Positions 59,288 to 64,000 of a stretch of 64,000 nt of DNA are shown here, piece by piece. Location: NCBI GenBank assembly GCA_036379495.1, contig DASVGO010000040.1:6399-70398 (forward strand), read 5' to 3'. A program made the position numbers and the translations under genes. The stretch comes from Rhodanobacteraceae bacterium (GTDB lineage: Bacteria; Pseudomonadota; Gammaproteobacteria; Xanthomonadales; Rhodanobacteraceae). The notes below the pieces were generated by a model, which was given only the letters and a program-made list of their open reading frames with translations, was not told where the DNA came from and made no database searches. Position 1 is the stretch's first letter, and each line of letters starts with the position of its first letter.

Positions 59288-61530
59288 CCGGCAGCGTGCG
59301 TCTGTCGCGACGGCGTTTTCTCAAGATCGTGGCCGGTGCCGCCGGCGCCCTGGTGATCGGCGTGGTGCATGCTCAGGATGCCGAGGTGCCACTGGCGCTG
59401 CTGGGCGATCAGTTCACGCAACTTGGTCCGTATCTGCGCATCGAGCCGGATGGACGCACGGTGATCGGCGCGCGTGATCCGGACTGTGGCGAAGGCACGC
59501 ACACCGCGCTGCCGCGCATCATCGCCGATGAACTGGATGCGGACTGGTCGAAAGTGGTCGTGCTGGGGCTCGGCCCCGAGGTGACCCGCGCCAACAACGT
59601 GGTGCACTGGCGCTATGGCCACCAGCGCAGCGGCAACGCCACCAGCATTCCATCTGCCTGGCAGGATCTGCGCCAGGCCGGCGCACTCGCACGCTGGCTG
59701 CTGGTGCAAACCGCAGCACGACGCAGCGGCGTGGCCGCGGGCCGCCTGCAATGCGCCAACGGTGCTGTGATCACCCCCAACGGCCGTCGCTACACCTACG
59801 GTGAACTGGTGGGCGATGCCACGCGACAAGCCCCGCCGCCCACTCCGCCGCCGCTGAAAACACCCGACCAATACCGGCTGATCGGTCGCGGCGCCGGCGA
59901 TGTCGATGCCCGCGCCATGGTGCAAGGTCATGCGCACTATGCGATCGACCACTATCCGGGCGACGCCCTGGTCGCGGTCATCGTGCATTGTCCGTGGCCG
60001 AGTGGATCGCTGGCCGCCATCGACACGCGCGCCGCACTCGCGGTGCCCGGCGTGGAACGGGTGCTGCAGATCCGACCCGAAGCAGGCCAGCCACCGGGTC
60101 ACACGCCGATTGCCGCCGGCGTGGCCGTGCTGGCGAAGGACACCTGGGCGGCATTGCGCGGTCGCGACAAACTCAAGCTGACGTGGAAGCCCGGCGCCCA
60201 TGCCGATGCATCCAGCTCAAAGCTGTGCGACGACGCCATCAAGCTGCTTGGCGGCGACGCCCAACCCACCATGCTGGTGCGCAACGACGGCAACATCGAC
60301 ACGGCCGAAAAGCACGCCCGGCGCCGCATCGAAGCCATCTACACCCAACCGTTCACGGCCCATGCAACGCCCGAGCCGATCAATTGCACGGCCCGCATCG
60401 ACGCCGACGGCGCGCACCTGGTGGTGCCCACGCAGGCGCCGCAGCAGGCGCTGGCGCTGGTGCAACGCCTGACCGGTCTCGGTCCGCAACAAATCGTCAT
60501 CGACGTGCCGCGCGTCGGCGGTGGTTTCGGCCGGCGCGTGGAACAGGATTTCGTCGCCGAAGCCGTGCTGCTGGCCAAGGCCTCCGGCAAGACCGTCAAG
60601 CTGATGTGGACCCGCGATGATGATATTGCCCACGATTATTACCGCCCCATGGCCATGCATCACATGCAGGCCGCGCTGGACCGCCACGGGCACGTCACCG
60701 GCTGGCGCCAGCGCCGAGCCAGCCCGTCGGCGCTGGCCGGACGCGACACATCGGCCAACCAGCGGTGGACGTCCGAAGTCGATCCCGATGCCCTGCCCGC
60801 CGGACTCGTCGACAACTACGCATCCACCTGGTACGAACTGGACAGCCCGTTGCCACGCGGCCCCATGCGCGGCGGCAGTGATGTCACCAACACGTTCGCC
60901 GTCGAAGGATTCATCGACGAAATCGCGAAAGCCGCGCACCGTGACCCGCTGGACTTTCGTCACGAGTTGCTTGGCAAGCCGCGCCAGATGCCGCTCACGC
61001 ATGGCGGCGTAATGGACATGCGTCGACTGCTGGCCGTGCTCGACTTGGCCGCCACGCGCATCGAATGGATACGCCGCCGGCATGATGGCCACGGCCTCGG
61101 CATTGCCTGCCACGCCAGTCATGGCGGCTATTGCGCGCACGCTTTCGAGGTCTCGGTGCAAGGCAGCCGACTGGTCCTGCATCGCGTCGTGTGCGCCATC
61201 GACGTCGGTCGCGTGGTCAATCCCACGGGTCTGGAAGCCCAGACCATGGGCGGCACCCTGTTTGGCATCGGCACGGCGCTGGGTCAGGCCATCACCGTTG
61301 CGGATGGTCAGGTGCAACAGCACGACTTCAAGACCTACCCTCTGGCACGCATGCTGCAACTGCCGCATCAGGTCGAGGTGTATGCCGTGCCATCCACTGC
61401 GCCACCCGGCGGCGCCAGCCCGGTAGCGGTGCCATCGGCCGCGCCCGCACTGGCCAATGCCGTGTTCGCGGCCACCACCGTGCGCATCCGCAATTTGCCA
61501 TTGCTGCCGGAGCTGATGCGCCTGTTGTAA
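59284..61530 (+). CDS. Molybdopterin-binding large subunit (IorB/xanthine dehydrogenase family), Tat-exported
   Basis: SRRRFL Tat motif; IADELDADW, VGGGFGRR, APALANAVFAAT..RIRNLPL. Confidence 0.88.
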   Translation: MTGSVRLSRRRFLKIVAGAAGALVIGVVHAQDAEVPLALLGDQFTQLGPYLRIEPDGRTVIGARDPDCGEGTHTALPRIIADELDADWSKVVVLGLGPEVTRANNVVHWRYGHQRSGNATSIPSAWQDLRQAGALARWLLVQTAARRSGVAAGRLQCANGAVITPNGRRYTYGELVGDATRQAPPPTPPPLKTPDQYRLIGRGAGDVDARAMVQGHAHYAIDHYPGDALVAVIVHCPWPSGSLAAIDTRAALAVPGVERVLQIRPEAGQPPGHTPIAAGVAVLAKDTWAALRGRDKLKLTWKPGAHADASSSKLCDDAIKLLGGDAQPTMLVRNDGNIDTAEKHARRRIEAIYTQPFTAHATPEPINCTARIDADGAHLVVPTQAPQQALALVQRLTGLGPQQIVIDVPRVGGGFGRRVEQDFVAEAVLLAKASGKTVKLMWTRDDDIAHDYYRPMAMHHMQAALDRHGHVTGWRQRRASPSALAGRDTSANQRWTSEVDPDALPAGLVDNYASTWYELDSPLPRGPMRGGSDVTNTFAVEGFIDEIAKAAHRDPLDFRHELLGKPRQMPLTHGGVMDMRRLLAVLDLAATRIEWIRRRHDGHGLGIACHASHGGYCAHAFEVSVQGSRLVLHRVVCAIDVGRVVNPTGLEAQTMGGTLFGIGTALGQAITVADGQVQQHDFKTYPLARMLQLPHQVEVYAVPSTAPPGGASPVAVPSAAPALANAVFAATTVRIRNLPLLPELMRLL

Positions 61531-61695
61531 CCCGCGCGCGACCCACGCGACACGTCATCTTTTCAACCGTGATCGAAAGCACCTGCGCCTGACCACGTGG
61601 ATTTGCGCCGCAAACGTGCGGTCAGGCATCAGGAAAATGCGGACGGGGTCCATGACAGGCAGGTGCATGGAAACAACGCTCGCCTGGCCACAGCC

Positions 61696-63402
61696 TCAAC
61701 CGCCGCCCGAAGCCGACGTGCCTGCATGGGCATGCCACTGGTCGGACTGTGACGGTGGCGTGGGCGCACCGGGACACCCCGGGGGAGGAGGGCTGCCGGC
61801 TACTCGGGCCACGGTGCATTCCACGCTGTTGTCCAAACGAACCGTCGGCGCACTCGTGGTTGGTGCCGGCGCACCCAGCCCCGGCACCAACGGGCGCGCC
61901 GGAGCCATGTCCAGGCGACGGTCGTTGCTGTCGGCCGACTTGGGTCGTGGCGGATCGCCACCACAGGCAAAGAACACCAGCATCGGCCCCAGTGCACAAT
62001 GCACGCGAATGCCGGGTGCCACGTGGAAGGTGTGCGTGACCGTCAGCTTGTCGATGAGGTGGCGCAGGAAGGAGTCCAGGATGCTTTCGTTGGCCGGTGC
62101 CCAGTACTGGCTGAAGATGGTCGGTTTGTAGCCGAGGTGATCGCTGTTGCGGACCATCACGTTGGAATTGCCGCGCGGCATCAGCTCCACCACGCCTTCT
62201 GGCTGCGATGACGGATTGTGCGATGCGCCGAGCTGACCCTGCCGACCGGTGACCGGCTTGAAACGGTCATTGGCCGGAGCCCATGACGTCGTCGCCGGCG
62301 CCTTGACCGATGGAACCTTGGCCAGCGCCGGTTTGATTGCCGACACCGCATGCGCCGGCTGCACCCTGGCGGTGATCGTGATGGTCGGCGTCCGCACCAC
62401 GCTGGGCGCTTGCACGCGCATGGACGGTGTCTGCATCGGCGGGGCCTGGGGCACCGGCACCTTTGCCACCGGCAGATCAAGTGCAGGCATGACCGGCAGA
62501 CTCGACGTCACATGCACGGATGGTGTCAGCGTCACCTGCACCTTCGCCACGTCGGCGGTGACGTTCGTCGGCGTGATCTGCACCGGCGTCGTCGCCGGCT
62601 TGACCGTGGGCAGCGACGGCAGAATCACCTGCACCCGGGTCGGTGCCTGTACCTGCACGGGCAACGCCGCGGTGATCTGCATCTTCACCCGGGTCTTGCC
62701 CAGAGTCACCTGCGGCGCCACCTGCGCGGCCGGAATCGGCTGCAACGCCGGCGATGGCACCGTGGCCGCAACCAGCTGGACTTTCTGCACCTTGGGCGGG
62801 GCCAGAGCCTGACTGGAAACCTCCAGCACCACCTTGGGCGGCGTCGGCATCGCGATCGGCGGCATGGTTCTGGCTGGCGGGCTGGCCTTGACGCGCGGGG
62901 GCACGGTGACCACAGGCACGCGCGTCAGATGCAGCTTGTCCGCTGTCACGGCCAGCTTGGGCACGGCCAGCGCCGGTGTGGGCACCGGAGGCATCGCTGC
63001 AACCGGCGCGCGCTTGATGTTCGGTGACAGGCGTCCGTGTGCAGGCCGGACCTTGAGCCGCAGCAATTTGATCGGCGGCGGCGGTGGCGGCGGTTTGGTC
63101 TGCTCGATCAAACGCACATTCATGGTCAGCAGCTGCGACTGACTGCCCTGCGGTGGATAGCCGGCCGGCTGCACCAACGCCATCAACGCCAGCATCAACA
63201 GATGCAGCAGCAGCGTCAGCACCATGGCTGAGATGCGCAACGCCCACTCGCGCGGCGGATCGCGCCAGCGCATCTCGTGCAGCATCACGCGCGCCAGGCG
63301 ACTGCCGTAGCCGCTGCCGAGCACCAGCGGATGCCGCGAATGCGGCTGCCACCGGTGAAGGCCCAGGCTGGGGGTGCCTACGGCGCCATAAAAATGCGGC
63401 AT
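61696..63402 (-). CDS. Single-TM Pro/Val-rich repetitive protein
   Basis: TM LLLHLLML, poly-Pro, long Pro/Val/Gln linker, C-terminal YKPTIFSQYWAP domain with Cys residues. Confidence 0.7.
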   Translation of the reverse strand: MPHFYGAVGTPSLGLHRWQPHSRHPLVLGSGYGSRLARVMLHEMRWRDPPREWALRISAMVLTLLLHLLMLALMALVQPAGYPPQGSQSQLLTMNVRLIEQTKPPPPPPPIKLLRLKVRPAHGRLSPNIKRAPVAAMPPVPTPALAVPKLAVTADKLHLTRVPVVTVPPRVKASPPARTMPPIAMPTPPKVVLEVSSQALAPPKVQKVQLVAATVPSPALQPIPAAQVAPQVTLGKTRVKMQITAALPVQVQAPTRVQVILPSLPTVKPATTPVQITPTNVTADVAKVQVTLTPSVHVTSSLPVMPALDLPVAKVPVPQAPPMQTPSMRVQAPSVVRTPTITITARVQPAHAVSAIKPALAKVPSVKAPATTSWAPANDRFKPVTGRQGQLGASHNPSSQPEGVVELMPRGNSNVMVRNSDHLGYKPTIFSQYWAPANESILDSFLRHLIDKLTVTHTFHVAPGIRVHCALGPMLVFFACGGDPPRPKSADSNDRRLDMAPARPLVPGLGAPAPTTSAPTVRLDNSVECTVARVAGSPPPPGCPGAPTPPSQSDQWHAHAGTSASGGG

Positions 63403-63678
63403 GAGTCTGACGATATCCTGCTTGCAATAAAGTGGCGCGGCCGTCCGCTGCCGGCCCAACTGTAACGGGATTCGGACATGCCATGAGCATCCAACCCGCT
63501 GACCGGATATCGACCATCCGGCCCGGCCCAAGGTTCCGGGTCTTGACCATCGCCATCAAAACGACAAGGCTATGACCAACGTTTCGCCATGACCGCCCGC
63601 CCGGGCGTACCACCCGGCGGCCGTGACCGGCTTTGCCGCGGACGACCATGACATCGCATCCCGTTCGAGGAGGCATGC

Positions 63679-64000
63679 ATGACTCGTGTCGACCGATTCC
63701 GCAACATTGCCCTGGCTGGTCACTCCGGCGCCGGCAAGACCACCTTGTTCGAGGCCTTGCTGCATGCCGGAGGCAGCGTGCCTACGGCTGGCGACATCGA
63801 ACACGGCACCACCGTGTCGGATTTCGACCCGCAGGAAAAACAGCGCGGCCATTCGATTGATACCGCCATCGCCGCGATCGACCGCCCGAACTGCCACATC
63901 AACCTGATCGATACCGCCGGCTATGCCGATTTCCGTGGTCCGACGCTGGCCGCGCTCAATGCCGTGGAAACCGTGGCCGTGGTGGTCAATGTCGCCAACG
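63679..64000 (+). CDS. Elongation factor G paralog (EF-G2-like), 3'-partial
   Basis: Read by hand (absent from the ORF track): GAGGAGG RBS; MTRVDRFRNIALAGHSGAGKTT..EKQRGHSI..INLIDTAGYADF. Confidence 0.88.
   Translation, partial: MTRVDRFRNIALAGHSGAGKTTLFEALLHAGGSVPTAGDIEHGTTVSDFDPQEKQRGHSIDTAIAAIDRPNCHINLIDTAGYADFRGPTLAALNAVETVAVVVNVAN

Noticed and set aside
1-64000. CRISPR arrays, tRNA or rRNA genes
   Set aside because: No regularly spaced repeats or recognisable structural RNA genes seen by eye; a covariance-model scan was not possible.

Overview
GC-rich Xanthomonadales-type (Rhodanobacteraceae-like; taxonomy inferred) chromosomal window. Most of it is housekeeping: mutL-amiC-tsaE-nnr/queG, mrcB plus an LpoP-like lipoprotein, relA, an ECF42/DGPF locus, hrpA, cax, ndvB-like, tamAB, an M13 peptidase, lysAC-murL-murD2, iorAB-like and a partial EF-G paralog. 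The standout is an ~8.2 kb accessory locus (15.2-23.3 kb) between mrcB and a glycosyltransferase. It has a promoter with a perfect TTGACA followed by a C12 tract (candidate phase-variation switch) upstream of an HlyD adaptor and a C39-peptidase ABC transporter. An AT-rich cassette follows: an unusually large double-glycine-leader cargo (15-aa leader + 161 aa), an exported ankyrin protein, a 216-bp duplicated gene start joined to a headless lysozyme-like toxin C-terminus, a putative exported immunity protein and an exported transglutaminase-like protein. I read this as a candidate phase-variable, type I-secreted polymorphic toxin/immunity system (inference). Also noted: an inverted DnaA-box pair, an ECF42 promoter, several likely leaderless genes and dense intergenic CATG clusters. 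All family calls come from motif recognition; no database searches were run.
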